Assembly: GCA_035084275.1 (NCBI GenBank)
Contig: CM068742.1
Span: 96,782,001 to 96,846,000 of the forward strand
From: Hydrolagus colliei
Lineage: Eukaryota
Length of the DNA: 64,000 nucleotides
Direction: 5' to 3'
Shown here piece by piece: positions 39,501 to 54,500 of the stretch; the stretch's first letter is position 1; every line of letters starts with the position of its first letter. The position numbers were made by a program, and so were the translations under genes. The notes below the pieces were generated by a model, which worked only from the letters and a program-made list of their open reading frames with translations, was not told the origin of the DNA and ran no database searches.

Positions 39501-42500
39501 GGACTCAATGGGCGCACTGGATTAAATAGCATGTTCCCATTTATATAAGACAGCTAAACTGGTCAATTGTGAAATAGATATTTCCGCTTGTTGCTATTTT
39601 TTTTTCTTGAATTACCCCTGGATATAGTGAAGCTTACCTGGAGCTGTTCATTGGACTTGACGGAAACCAGTAGGTCCAACATGGCAAGCACAGCGCCCGG
39701 ATGGATTATGACTGGATCAGAAGAATGCAAAGAAGACACGACATTGTGTAGCTTCACATCTGTGGCAAGTTTGGGTGGAATCACGGGAGGTGCTGAAACT
39801 GTGTGATATCCTGGCCTACACAAACAAAAAAAATATTTAACATTGTGCATCTGTAGCTATTTTAGTGGTATAAAAAACAATACCTAATATTTCAATATAC
39901 ATTATAAAAATTCTACATAATAAAAATTTAATCATTTCTATTTGTATTAATCTGTGTGAAATCTTCCAGATGCCGTCACGTTTCTTCCTTTTTAGGCATT
40001 CCCCCTCCCTCAAGATTTAAATGGAGCAGCCAGTTCACCATAATTGCTTTAATGTGACTTTTGAAGAGTATAAATAGAGACAAAGTAGAAAAATGCTTCT
40101 ATGGCATAAAATGTGCCTTTGAATTCTTCAGAGAGAGTGGCAGCAAATAGCAGAGGCACCATCTGCCTTGCGAGGCAACAATTCCAGACAACAGCAGTTC
40201 TTGTCAAGTTTGCCAGCAGTAATAATACACAATTAAAAGCAGGAATGTATTTGCAATAGATGCAAAAATGATTCAATGTCCTTATTGATATACTTATACC
40301 ATCTATAAAAAATATATATTTTACAATCCTCATCTTATACGATCACTGACATCCAATTCTGAGAGAACAACTTCAAAACCTTTAACTGGGTTATGGTTTA
40401 TTAATATTCATAGGCTTCAAATTGAGATGCAAAGACCAGAATATTAATTAACACATTTGCTTTCCATTTTGTAATGAACGGATTGCCTTGCACATCTTCC
40501 AGCAATAATTAATTCATATCTACACAGCTCCTGTGGTCTACCTGAACATGAAATGCCTTTTTTCTGGAATCATCGAACGCTACTGCATAGGAGAAAAATG
40601 GGACGATTAGTTGGGCTGAATGGACCATTTTCTTGCCATATCATGGCAAGAAAACGTAAAATCAGCACAAGTGTGTTTCTGCACCAGAGCAAATCTACCC
40701 CACCTTGCTCCTCAAACTCTTAAATACTTCTTTCCCAGTTACATTCTTCAAGAAACTACCTGATTCTAAAATTCCATTTCCAATACAGGGCATATGAATT
40801 TTCAATCCTATATGCCATAAAACTATTTATTTTGCAAGGATTTGTGTACTCTACTTCAACTCTAGTTTGTACCCGAAAATTCCACATTTTGACCACCTTT
40901 TGAGTAAATAACATTTTTCTGAACCCTATCTTTAATTATTTTAGTGATTTATCTTACACGTGTGCTCACTAGCTTGTGACTTGGAAATTTGTGACCAGCA
41001 GAAATTGACTATTACTATTTACCCAATAAGAGCATTTTATTATTTTGAGGATCTCGATCTGGTCAGCTAAAATCAAAACAGTTTTAACTTCTAATTTCTC
41101 TCATATAAGCTGAACCCTCACTTTCCTGCTCACATCCTCATGAATCTATGCTGCATCATTTCTATTGCTTTATGCCAAACTAATTTATTTTCAACTGCAA
41201 AACCAGAGAATGGCCTTTCAGTCCACCAGATGATAATGAATGTGTAGTGGGTAGTGCTCTTCACAGAGCATATCGATTTACAATCAGATGTGTTGTAAAC
41301 TTATTTTTCTAATTATTAAAGAAAAGGTACAATCCAGGCAGATCTTTACCTTCCAGTTAGTTTTCTTCTGAAATGCAAGAATGACATAATAATAATCCTT
41401 GCATTTTGATATAGTGCTTTTCATGTCTTCTAGACGTCTCAAATTGTTTCACTGAGTTTACTGTGAAGTGAATAATTGACTGTATATTTGTGTGCAAAAT
41501 GGGGCAGCCAATTGCCACAAACAGTGGGGGATTGAAATGACCAATTTTATTATTTGTGTTTTTTTGGAGGGATTATTATTAGGTGTGTGGGGTAAGGAAA
41601 CTTGCCCAAGGTTTCGCCCTGACCTGCCTGGATTCGAAGCACAGGTCTTATGCTTGTAACACGAGTGCTTTAACCACTGAGCTACAGGATTCCACAACAA
41701 TTCTATGATAACTTTAGGTTTCAAGTGTAAGTACTCAAAAGGTGAGAAATCTGGTGAGCAAGTACAATAACTAGTAACTGCCTCATTGGGGTTTAGATGA
41801 GGTAAATGCATCTCTATAAGAATGAGTTGGCTCCAAGGTGTGAATCTGGCAAGGAGCTCAGTCGATTCTCTGTGGCAGTCTCCATGGTCTGACACCTGAG
41901 CCAGACAGGTCTCCAGTACTCAGATACACAGTTAACAATGGACCACCCACTATGGATCATGGGCAAGTCTCAGAGAGACAGACAGGTGGGATACAAGCAA
42001 AATCGAATCCTGCAAGTAAAATTTTTAACAGGTAGTGTGCTTTTTTTACCTGCACATGGTGTGGGAAGATCTAGCAGTGTCCCAGTGCACTCAGTCTTTG
42101 GCTTTGCCAAACTACATTGAAATTCTCCACAATTAGGTAAGCAGGGTACGTCTCGGTTCACCATCAGCAGCTGTGCCTTCAGCCACTACGTCCCGAGGCT
42201 CTGGAACTCCCTTCCTCAATCCTTTTGCCTCACCCCCTGTTTCAGGTCTCAGCTTAAGACCTTTCTCTTCGACCGCGCCTTCGGTCACCTTTCTCCCCCT
42301 GCCCCTGGCTTGCCCCTGGGATCCATTATTGTGAAGCGCTCTGAGTCACGGTCCGGCATGGAAGGCACTATATAAATCAAAGTTGTTGTTGTTTTGTTGT
42401 TGACACACTCCATACCAGACCATTGAAAACCACATAAATGTGGAACGCTCAAAAGCTTGGTCTGGAAACCCTTAAGCTTAGTGACAGGGTTTTTTGTATG

Positions 42501-45500
42501 TGTTAAAAACGTGGTTGACCAAAAATCAATTTAAGGCTGGGAGATTTTGTGTCGAGAAAGGAGGGGAGAGAATGACTTCAACCTGTTTCACCAAAACAGA
42601 GAGCTTAGAGGAGTGATCTGCATGATGTAGCTGAGGCTTAAACATACGCACACGGTGCTGTGAGGTACATGTTCATGCAAGTGCGGTGCAACAATGACTT
42701 TTAATGAATGTTTTAAATGTAAAATATTAAGTCCCACACAAACAAACAAAATTAAATTTGTATAGGACTTTTCACATCCTATTGGTCAGAAACACTGGTC
42801 AGTCAGTGTTTCAGACCCTGGTGTCAAACCTGACTCAAACGTAATACCAAGTTAATGTTTCCATAATTTTATCATATTTGCAGAGCATTGCAAATGTGAT
42901 AGGTGATTCACAGATATGGGCATCACAGCATTCACTGAATGCAAAACTCCAGAAATACACAGTATGACCTGGGCTGCACTGAAGACCTGAATTTCACTTG
43001 AACAACATGATCATTTTTTGAACTTGGCTATGTATTTCAATACGGTATAAATCCATATGACTTGTTCCATAATACGGTACTCTGAATACAATGGTTGTTA
43101 TCTAAGTCACAATATAAAAGATCATTTCTAAATACAATTCACAAGGTCAAAAAATGTCACAAAAAGCCAATAAAGTATTGTGTTGTGATTTATCCAGCAA
43201 TTATTCTAGAGTGTACAACTCTCCTAACCTTTTCTCAAGAAATTGTTCAGGTGCAACCTAAACATTCTAAAAAGTGCAACTGAAAAGATTCAGATATCAA
43301 ATTATCAAACTAATCCTTAATATAAAAAAAGGCTGTCTTGAACAGAACAGCTCCAGCATTGGTTGTTCTGGATTCTTAAGTCAGAAGACCAAGGTAACAT
43401 ATCTTCAATAGACATTCAAACTCACTTGTCCTTCAAAGTCCTGTTCTGTAGATTGGTAAACAAAGTGTTGATTATAATGCAGTGGCCATTCTCTACTCAA
43501 AGGACCGACAATGCTATTAATTCAAAAATCAAGAACATTCCTGGTTAGGTATATTCCTCAATCAGTCAAAAATGTATAACAGCTGGAAGAAACTTGCAGC
43601 CCATCCAGCTTTACCTTGCCCTCCCAGCTAGAGAGAGGACAGCATTGAAAAAAGTTCATCCAACAGAGTTGAGGAAACATTTCTTCACTCAGAGGATAGT
43701 GAATTTCTGGATTTCTATACCCCAGAAGGCTGTGAATGCTCAGTCCTTGAATGTATTCAAGACTGAGATTGATAGATTTCTAAAGGATAGAGGGATTAAA
43801 GAATATGGTGATAGAGCCGGTAAATGGAATTAGGTTAGAAGATCAGCCGTGATCTTATTAAATGGCGGGGCAGGCTTGAGGGGCCGAATGGCCTACTCCT
43901 TCTATTTCTTATGTTCTTAGATGGGAATGGGGCACAGGGACAGAGATTCAGTTACAAAACAACGCAGCAAACCAAGGTAAGGCAGTTCATCATATTACAA
44001 TTTTGAGGCATGTCAGTATTGTAAGAATTGGATTAAGTACCCCTACTGAGCCAGTACCTTTTTCTGGTCAGAGCTGGAGTTCCCCAAGGAGAGGGTAGGG
44101 AAGTCTCGTGCGTCAGGCAAGGAGGAACCTGTTCAGCAAAACTACAGACAGAAACAGCAAACACCATTGGACAAGAATGTTAGAAAACAGTGAGCAACAA
44201 GCTGGTTAGTACAATTACCACTGAAGACTTCTAATTGCTTGAGTCAAAGGTAAGAACAATAAAGGAACACAGACAGCAACATGAATCATGCCAGTGCTGC
44301 CATAGAGGAAAACACACGGAAATAGAAAAAAAGCACAAGGGAAGAAATGAACTGAACTCACTGCAAATTTTACAGTTTAAATGACACATAAACAATCATA
44401 AGAGGATCTCATATATTCAAATGGATTTTACATGAAGTATACTAAAATAGTTCTGTATTAAAAGAACTATATCTTTCATCATAATGGTTGTCAAGAACCT
44501 AAATTTCCTTACATCCAGTTCAGTTTAAAGTGCCTTATTCCACTTGTTTGAATTTTTCAAAAGGACTACATCACAAGTGAGCATACAGAACATAGGTTTT
44601 CTTTAAATAATACAGGGCCTGCACAGGGGAAGCTCCTTCCTTTATAAACTCACTTAAGTGATACTACTGTATTTACTTTTTTTGTTTACCAATATTTCAA
44701 ATAATGTTGTTGTTGTAAAATCAAATAAGTAGCCCAGGTTTAGATCACCGTTTAGATCACCAAATTGCATCATCTGAAATACAGGTTTCTCGTCTAGAAA
44801 TGTTGTTGGATAGAATTTATTACTGGCCAAAATAAATGCAACACCCAATATAATAAAGTATAATTCACTAATATTCACTAATATTCACTAATTAGTATTA
44901 TTCACTAATTACTACAGTAATTTAGGTTTTCATGAAGGAAATTTGATACAAAATCACTTTCATTGGAGTTGCTTGGTAAACATGTGATAATCTGCTGTAT
45001 GAACATATCGCACATATCCTTTCAAAACCTTAATGTATGAACGTCATTGCCTCTAAATTAATATCAACCCTTGAACCATTGGCAGTTTAGGAATAGCCAC
45101 CAGGGAGTAAAAGACATTCAACTCTGTTCTTAATGAACTCAAATGGCTAACTCAAATGAACTCAATATCCTTGGGTAACATTTGAGGTAAGCAAGTTGAG
45201 CCTCAAACCAATGAGTGACTTCATTGTATGCTAACTGCATCTTGATGTCAAGAAAATATAAAGTGTGTGGTACATATAAAGTCTGTGGTACACTTCATTT
45301 AGGTTGTGATGCATTGAAAACATTTCAGTACATTGAATTACAAAGTGTAAGTAAATACATGTATAGTTTTGTGGCTCAAGCTACTTTCAAAATAAATAGT
45401 GTTCTCCACACTGCAAGCAATTATTTCTCGGGGCTGTAGTTTTAATTTTTTTCTGTCCCATCAATTGCCGTAACCACAGATAAGAGTCAGTTTAATTCTA

Positions 45501-48500
45501 TAGAGATTGTTCATCTACATTCCGCTCCCCAACCCTATAGGTTACAGGGCAGTTTCACTTTTGTTCTTCTGTATAGTTAAGTTTTACGTCCCTAAAATAA
45601 GATGGCAAAATAAGATAATAATATTGCAGATAGCAGGAAGCAGAGTTGTGGTGTTGAGTCTTCAACAGAGGTTGGAAACAGCATTAAATGCATCATAATG
45701 AATCAGGTGCAGAACGCTTAATGTCAATTCAAAGTATATGATTCAGAAAACCACACCTTTATATCTAGCTAATCCAAGATACTGAGAAACTAACCAGCTT
45801 TCAGGAAAACGCCTGGTGAGAAGAATTGGGTCATCAAGTGACCATAACAGAAGGAATAATAATTATCTTTGCATTTTATATAGTGCCTTATCAAGTCGAT
45901 CAGACGTCACCACACCTTATTACAGAATATATTGTAAAATGAATTGACTGTGTATTTTGTGGGTGAAACATGGCAACCAATTGCACACAGCAGTGTTCCA
46001 TTAACCATTGTAGATTGAGTGATCAATTTTTTTTGAGGAATTACAGTATTATCCCCAGAAAGCCATCCGCCAAACGACTACCAATCGGTTGCCTATTTAT
46101 TGCTAGGTAAACAAAGGTGTGTCGAGTAAGGAAACTTGCCTAAGATTAACAGAGGAAGGAAAAATAGATCTGTAGAATCATAGATATGATAGTAAATAAG
46201 TAAGACAGTGAGCCAATTGAGTCTATGCTGATGATACATACTCTATAAGCCAACTGCTCTAATTCCATTGCCTTGCTCTTTCCTCATATATTCGGTAAAT
46301 CGAGCTTCAAGATTATCAATTTAGCAAGGAATAAAGTTGTGTTTCAGGAATCCTCATTGCAAAGATAAATCTTAAATCTAACATGCTTCTTTTGCCTTCA
46401 TTTATTCAATAGACCAAAGAACCCCTACTGGATTAAGAGACTCGAAAGGCAATATTGTAGATAACAGCAAGTAAAAGTTTTTAATTATACACAAAGCAGC
46501 CAGCATAAGATGTAGTCCCTAATTAAGTGGATTAGTTAAGAATGGCTCGTGGTTTTTTTTATGATTTACAAGGCACTGCATTTTGGAAAAGGAAATGTGT
46601 ACACAATAAACACGTGCTCATCATGAAAGCGAGGGAGGGAAGGTGGGAGGCAGTCAGAGGACAATGGTTCTATGTTAGCAATTGAACTGGTTTTCATTGG
46701 GGAAAATATAATTGAGAATCTAAATATTTAAATTGATGGAGGCAATATTGATATTGTCTAATTAACAAATTTGATTGCAGGACGAGAAGACTTGTGGTGA
46801 GAATAAGATCAGAATGATCTTCCCCCTTTCTCAAACAGTGTAGGTATGAAGCATGAAAACAATTGATATTATGTGAATTAATTGAGCTCTGAAAAGTGCT
46901 AAATGAATAGGTAAACATCCATTTAAGTACAGGCTTGTGCTGCACTGATGATGGTCACCTGTGGCACTCTTTGAGAGGTTGGTTCCAGCATGATAAAACA
47001 CAACAAAAATCTGAGTTTATTTCGTTCATTTTACAAGTACTAGCTTAAGCCTAAATATTTCACCAAATACAATGGCCACTGTGGTGCAAGGATCACTAAT
47101 GAATCATCTATGGGGTGGAAGTGGTCAGAGATTAATAATAAAAATTATTATTATAATCTGTCATATATGATTAGATTGATTAGAGCTTTGCAGAACTGTT
47201 TCTCGAGCCTGGAGAGAAATATCGCACAGCATTAGATTGTTTGAAGCATTGACTCTGATTACTTTGCTCAGGAAATGAAATTGGTCAAAGTAGACCTTTT
47301 CCATATTTTCCATGTTGTGGAAACTTGATTTGATTGTTTCTGATTATACAGAAGAAACCTGTGATCTCTCATATTCCAATGAATTTGACAAAAAAAATCC
47401 TTAATCATTCTAAATTGAAATATTTATTTGGATAAAAGAAAGAGATACTAATCTTTGCATTTAATAAAGCCCCTTATCATGTCAAAATGTCTCAAAACAC
47501 TAACAAAAGAAGACCTGAGAGGTCAGTATCCTGCCAAGTTAACATGTCAAGCCACTATAGATACAGATTGTTGGCGCTGAGTAAAATCCCTTCAAAGAAG
47601 AATCCATATGTCGGATACTACAAAGGATCAATGAGGGATGTTTCTCATCTTGACATAACTAAATCAGATCAATATGTGCCAAAGTTTGTACTCTCCTTGA
47701 TGAAGGCCACAGTACAATTACAGTGGTTTTGTTCACAGATACAGTCACAAGAATGAGGTTTCAACTCGTTTTCTACTCATACTCATGAGTCACAGTTGTA
47801 TCAGCTTGGGTCAATTGGTTGCACTCTTGCCACTGGGTTGAAAGGTTCACATAGCCCGGCATCAGGACTTTGATCTTATAGTCTAAGCCAGGGTGGTCCA
47901 ACCTTTTGGCTGCTGAGGGCCAGATGCCTTACTCGGGAAAAGTCTGTGGGCCGCATAAGCAAAACTTTTTTTTGGTATTTCCTGTCTGGAAACAAAACAT
48001 AATATATATAGCTTATGGAGGGAGCACGCGGGCCAGATGAAATGGAGGAAGGAAGGGAGCAGCCCGTCAGGTGGATCACCCGGCAAAGCTGACATTCCAG
48101 TGCAATATTAGGAGAGCTACACCATCAGAGAGGTGGTCCTTTGATTAGAAGCATCATTAAAATATATGATCAGAATTTAAATAGAAGACTTCTAGCTGAC
48201 AAAAGCTTTATTTACTGGAGATCTCCTAAGAGCACAATCTATTTCTCTATCTGAAAGAATTGAAAAGCCATTTACAAGACATTAAGATTATTGTCTCAAA
48301 TCAGCAAGATGATAGACCTTTCCCAAAGCTAATAGCTCCCCTGATGTACAAGTCATTTGTTATCACTACTGGGTGAGGGTATTTATACTGGAAACCATTC
48401 AACTGTTCAAAATTTATAGTCTACTGGGGGAGGAAGAAAAATAAATCTTAAAATGGAGAAAAAAAACTTCTGGTGGAAAACAAAACTGACAATAGTTATC

Positions 48501-51500
48501 CATCAAAATTGGAGTGGAAATGATAGAAATGAAAAAAGCGCTAAAAAGTCTTCAAAAGAGGTCACACATATACACACACACACAAGGACAAAACAATGGC
48601 ATGCACCTCTTTGTACATGCAAGAGAATCTTAATGTTTTTGAAATGTGCTTAGTTTCTCTGGATGATTTAATGAAGTCTAATTTGCTGGTTTGTAAATGT
48701 TTTGACAATCTCAAAAATCTCCAGGTAGGTAACATAGTCTGTTCACAAGCCAAACCAGACTCCGATCTTGTGGCAACTTCTGTAAAGCCATATGGCAGGG
48801 AAAGGAGGCTCCTTGCATGTCACAGAAACCTGGTATCTGAGTAGCAACTAGGTCCCAGTGAAACCATCAAACCTGTTCAAGCAACCCCTCTCCATTCAGG
48901 AACAACCAGCCCTGGACAGTCAATCCTCACATCAACAAACATTTACTCGGAGGTTAGCCTTATATTAAAGACCTCTTTGGCTCGATCCCCCAGGTAGTTG
49001 TTGGAGATGGATTTGAATGTATTTTCAAATCCCTTAAAAATGCTGCAAATTCGACCCCATGAACTCAGGCAATGCAACATTCGGGATAAGTATTGTAGCT
49101 GCTACTCCAGTGGTATCCAATGGCTGGCAAACATCAGCATTTTGCTAATATTTAAATTGCTACACTGGACTTCGTTACAATTACATTTAAAAACAAATAA
49201 TCAAGTCACTAGTTTTACTATAAAAGCTATAACAAGACTTAATTACATTTCTACATGTATTCTCTTAAACAATCTGCTGCAATACAAGAAAAAAAGTTCT
49301 GACTCAAACTTTGTAATCAAAATGGTTGAATGGGTGAAGAAGTATCCTACCTGTCGAACGAGTCTGTGGCCATTTTGTAGAGGCAACAAAAAAGTTTACT
49401 GCAGTGTTTCAGTGTGGGATTGACCAATTCTAACAATGCGACATCATCTTCAAGTAGTCTCTGAAACGGTTGGACGTTCGAGGGGAGTTCAGTAGCCGGA
49501 CCGATTTGTCGAAGATTTGAGAAGCATCCAAGCAAACGCACAGCGTCTGCAAGTTTTTCATACTGAATCTCAGTCTTGAAGAAATGGGAATTGGCAGGTT
49601 CATAACGCATTGCTGCAGTCAAAGTGCATATGACTGTGCGCACCAATTCAGAGACTTGGTTTGTGTTCACCTTTTCCCACACCCCTCTGGGCACACAACT
49701 CAAGGATCCCTCCAAGGCAACCAAAAGGGATGTGACGTATACAAATCCTCCCACTTTTCGGAACACTGTTCGTGTGCGATGACTTTCCCTTAACACAGTT
49801 AGGAGAGCCTGCAAAGACAATTTCCATTTTAAGACAATAAAAATTATTTACACGTATGTATCACTGTTACATTACACTAATACACTCTATAAAGGGGCTG
49901 ATTTAAATCTGCTCTGTGGTGGTCTTGGATGTTTTGAAGCGCTCTGAGAAGCCGCCCGCCGTGGAAGGCACTATATATTTATATAAAACCAAAGCTGTCG
50001 TTGTCTGGTTCCAGAGACAGTTGGGTCCACAGTACTCTAGGATACTGCAAATAATAAACCAGCAAGTGTGGCTCATTGATAGGACTTGAGGGGCAGAGCA
50101 ACTGATCACTAGGGACAAGGATTCTTCTCACATAGCTTGTATTAACCCTGTAAGTCAAAGCATGATACGATGGTGTTAGCTGAGCAAGTAGTAGGAAGCT
50201 TGCCAGACAGTGCTTTCAATAACAAACTATGTGGTATTAGGTGGTTAAAGTCCAACAACACCCCAATGTACACTTTAGGAAACCAAAACCTTGACCAATC
50301 TTCGCCTATTACTCTCCGGAACTAATTAAGCAGGATGTGTCTCACTAGGGAGAGAGTGCACAATTAATTTAGGATACAGGAGCTTCCATGTTTAGGTGAC
50401 ATGTGTGGAACTCTCAGTCTGGTTTGGATGGTGATGGGTTTCCACGTATACAGACACTCAGTTGACCCCCCAAAATGACATCAGGTCATTAAATAGTTGC
50501 CCAGATTTTGCCATGTTTACTGACAATTAACTGAAAGATAAATATGGCAGTAAATATGTATGGCAAATAAATATGAATGTGAAGCAAAGAGGGCCTTAAA
50601 TCTCAACAGCAGTAACTTTCAATGTTTCTGAGGCATGCCCACCGTTACTAAGTTGGTACATGGAGTACCGCTTCTCAATTTAATGAGAAGCAGCTACCAA
50701 AAATGAGTCATGTCCCCCAGAATTGAATTTCCTCAGTCAATCATAGAATCATACAGCACAGAAGGAGGCCAGTCGGCCCATCGTCTCTGCATCGGCTCCG
50801 AAAAGAGCTGTGCAATTCAATCCCATAGCCCTGCAATCTTGTCCTCCCCAAATACCCATCTACTTCTCCCTTGGAATTTGCCATTGAATAGGCTTCCACT
50901 ACCCTTTCAGGTAATGCATTCCAGATCCAAACAACTCGCTGGGTGAATTTTTTTTCCCCCTAACCTCCCGTTTCTTTTAACAACAATCTTAAATCGGTGT
51001 CCTCGGGTTACTGACCCACATACCAGTGGAAACAGTTTTTCCCGGTTCAACCTGTCATGATCAGGAAAACCTCTATTACATCCCCTTTTAACTCTGCTCT
51101 AGCGAGAATAATCCTAGTTTTGCACACCTTTTCTCATAATTAAGGTCCTTCTTTCCTTACGTAAATCTCCTTACCCTCTCCAATGCCTTAATATCTTTCC
51201 TAAAGTGTGGTGCCCAGAACTGAACACAGTACTCCAACTGAGGCCTAACAATAAAATGCATGGGGGTGGTATGGTAAGCAAGATGTCTCACCCTTTCATT
51301 GACAAAAGCATGATAGCAGTAAATCATGAGTGGGCAGGGAGAGGGTCAAGAGTTTACAAGGAAAAGGTAGTGATAAAAGGCAGATAAACCAATAGTGCTA
51401 TCTCTTACCCTTAGAATATCTGTTTTGAGTTGCAGTTCTGTGGATGGGGCTGAGTGCATCAGTCCAAGCAGTGTACCCATATCGTCATCTCCGCTGGGGG

Positions 51501-54500
51501 ACAGGACCAGCTGCTGGATGATCATCAGTGCATGTTGTCGACATTGTGGATACTTCACTATGTTATGTACACACCGTGCCCCTCCAAACTCGCGGAAAAC
51601 ACCTTATTCAAAAAGAAACGTTGGGACTCAAATCATTTCAAACCTAGTGCTACATCTCTCACAAGGTTTACATTTTCCACTTCAAGCACTGCCTTTGCAC
51701 ATGTTCTCGTTACAGATTGGTATTACCAGTCCCCTGCGGCCAGCTCCGCTGCTAGCCTTCTGCTTTCGCATCAATGGCACATTCAATGATATAGACCTGA
51801 GAGGAGAGCAGGAAAATAATATGGATCCACAAAATGGATCAAAACCGGATTCTAAATTGGTCTGAGGTGTAGTGTGCTCAGTGTTCATGTGAATGTTCCA
51901 ACTGCTACATTTTAAAGTGTAAGATCACAATGAAAGATTGCTGACTCAATCTATTTTGTTTGGAGGAGGGACTCACCAATCACCGAAATAAAATTGGTTG
52001 TTCATTCAGCGCCTTGGGACGTCCTCCTGATGTGAAAGGCACTATACAAATGTAATTTTGTTGTTGTACTTGTAGAAACCTGCAGTGCACAAATTGGCAG
52101 CTGCAATCACCCACAAAATACAGACACTCAGAAGAGAAGGAATTGTTGATGAAATTATATAAACTTCACAGTAAATCCTCTTTTGCATTTTGGGATGTCT
52201 TTCTGATGTGAAGGGCTATACCAAATACAAGGATTATTTTTTACTATACTAGTGTTTTCACATAAGGCCCGGTGTAGATAGACTAACCAAGAACCCACTG
52301 AACTATTTGTGATAATTAGAGTATCTGTCAATGAGTGTGTCACAGCTATCTTTCTGACCAAGATGCAACAAAAAGAATCCAACAACTCCTGTGGAGGAAT
52401 TGAAGGCAGTTTTGATACTGAAAATACCATGAGTTCAACCAATGCTGAAGTCTTGTAGGCATTAGTTTATATTACTAGGTCATGCAGATGATTTGTTCTT
52501 TTTTGAAGATAATCTCGATCAGCAAATTTTTAGCACTCTTAAAAAATATATATTGCAGTGTGGAAAAGGGGCATGGTAGAGGGGAAGCTGGATATATTTA
52601 AAAGAAATGAGCGATCAGGAAGAAATAAAATGAAGGATTGGCATTAATTCAAATTGATTGTAGCAGTTCATTTTAATGCAGTTCTTATCATAAAGGAAAC
52701 TGATATTGCAGAATGTTTGAACAATTTTATTTAAAATGTCAAGGGGTTTAAAACCTGCTGGTGTGATTAATAAACGTTGGGCACTTATCTGCTTATTGTG
52801 GAGTCGATTCAACACTTAAATTCAATCCAAATTTATTTTAAGTGTGTGAAATACTTTAGCTTTCAAAATCTACAGTTCCAGTAGTGTTAAACAGTAACAT
52901 AGAACTTGCAAAAGCAGTATTAAATATATGCTACCAACAGCCAATGGACTTGATAATGCAGCTTCTTCCAATAAAAAAATTAATTGTCCCTGTGATGGAA
53001 TCTAATGTGGATTGTTATGAACTGTGAGAAATGTATCTTACATAACTTTGGACCAGCTTTTTTGCTCATGACAGCCCCATCTTAAATATACAAATCATTT
53101 CCATTATAATGCGTTCGCCAGAGTTCAATATCTTAAGAGGCCATGTTACAAATGAAGTGTGAAAAAAGGCCAACTTCTGAGTCATTCTCCACCTCCCATG
53201 CACTGCATTCACATGCTATTTGCATGAAGCACCATAATAATCATAACCCTTGCATTTGGTATAGTGCTTTTCACGTCTTCCAGACATCTCAAAGGGCTTC
53301 AGAGATGATACTATAAAGTGAATTGACTGTACATTTGTGGGCAAAACGCGGCAGTCATTTGCGTACAAAAATTGGCTGTCGATAACCATAAGCAATTGGC
53401 TGCCAATAAGATAAGCATCATTTGCTTCAGAAGGTCAAATCAGGAATGCTTCCTATGCATTCAGGAAATGACAATTTATTTCCTAACACAGTGGACAACA
53501 TCCACATCTTCCTGTACAGTCGTGCATAGGAAAGCAACTCTTTGTCTGTTTTATTACAGGGTTGTGTTTAAATGCAAATGAACTTGTTAATAAAAAGAGC
53601 ACATTTTAATAAGATAGTCTGATCATTCAATTCATAATAAAAGTATCTGCTCAGCTAATTAAAGGCACCATCTGGAATTTTTTTTGTCTTAACATTTTCT
53701 AATGAAACTTGGATCATGGATTGAAGGTGGAAGTTGAGCAAATATAGGATTAGACTCAGCTCTGAAGGTCCTCATGGTCGAACAGTTTACTGACACTCAC
53801 TGTCTAAAATAAAGAAGTCTCTTGGGCTGCTGGTTCCAGGGAAACCCTAGTGCAGAATAAAGTAGTATTTTCAGAAGGAAACCAAAAAATATAGAACATA
53901 AACAGTGATTCCTTCTCATCTCTAAGCATCATCAAAATAGGTAATATTTTCTAAATATTCCTCAAAATATTCTACAAGTTATGATCAACTTTTGATACAT
54001 AATTTGATAAAGCATTCTAAAATTCATGGAATGAAACAAAGGTTTGTGCTTATATGAAAATAGGAGCAAATATAAGGTAGGGGGATTGATCTTAGCAACT
54101 GCAGTTCATCACACCAACTTTGATAAAAATCGAAAGGATGCTTGAACGCCTGTGGTGAATAAATTAGTGAACAGAAATTGAGAGACTGACAGGTTGCACT
54201 GCATAAAAATTGGTTACAGTGATTAGGGAAGGTTAAACTGTATGCTTTATTTCTCATTTTGTCACTGAACACTACCAACCCTAAAATTATTGTGGTTTCA
54301 GCTGACATATAAAATAAATGGGCCACACAAACTCAATCTAACATTTGTTCAAATTACACCTGGGTGAAACATCCAATTTTTGAAGGTCATAATTGATAAC
54401 ATTCTGACCAAACCCTTGATTGTGCACAACAGATAAATAAGTGACAGAAAAGGTAAGTTTTTTAAAGGAGGCAGGAACACTCTGGCAGACTGCAGGCTGC

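Larger units (their letters stand above)
36441..39506 (-). mobile_element. tRNA-SINE split by nested LINEs (parts 36441-36519 and 39277-39506)
   Basis: SINE tail ends ...cttcacagaata at 36519 and resumes gaatatactgtaaa at 39277, continuing to the head ...ctaaccactgag..gaggactc. Confidence 0.8.

Noticed and set aside
41630-41692. tRNA-like sequences with A and B boxes (also ~29650, ~54770, ~55520)
   Set aside because: No intact acceptor stem or cloverleaf, and each continues into SINE body and tail; these are SINE heads, not tRNA genes.
41970-42164. Minus-strand ORF with a donor-like site as candidate missing WDFY3 exon
   Set aside because: No WDFY3 similarity; the gap is fully filled, in phase, by exon 44058-44141.
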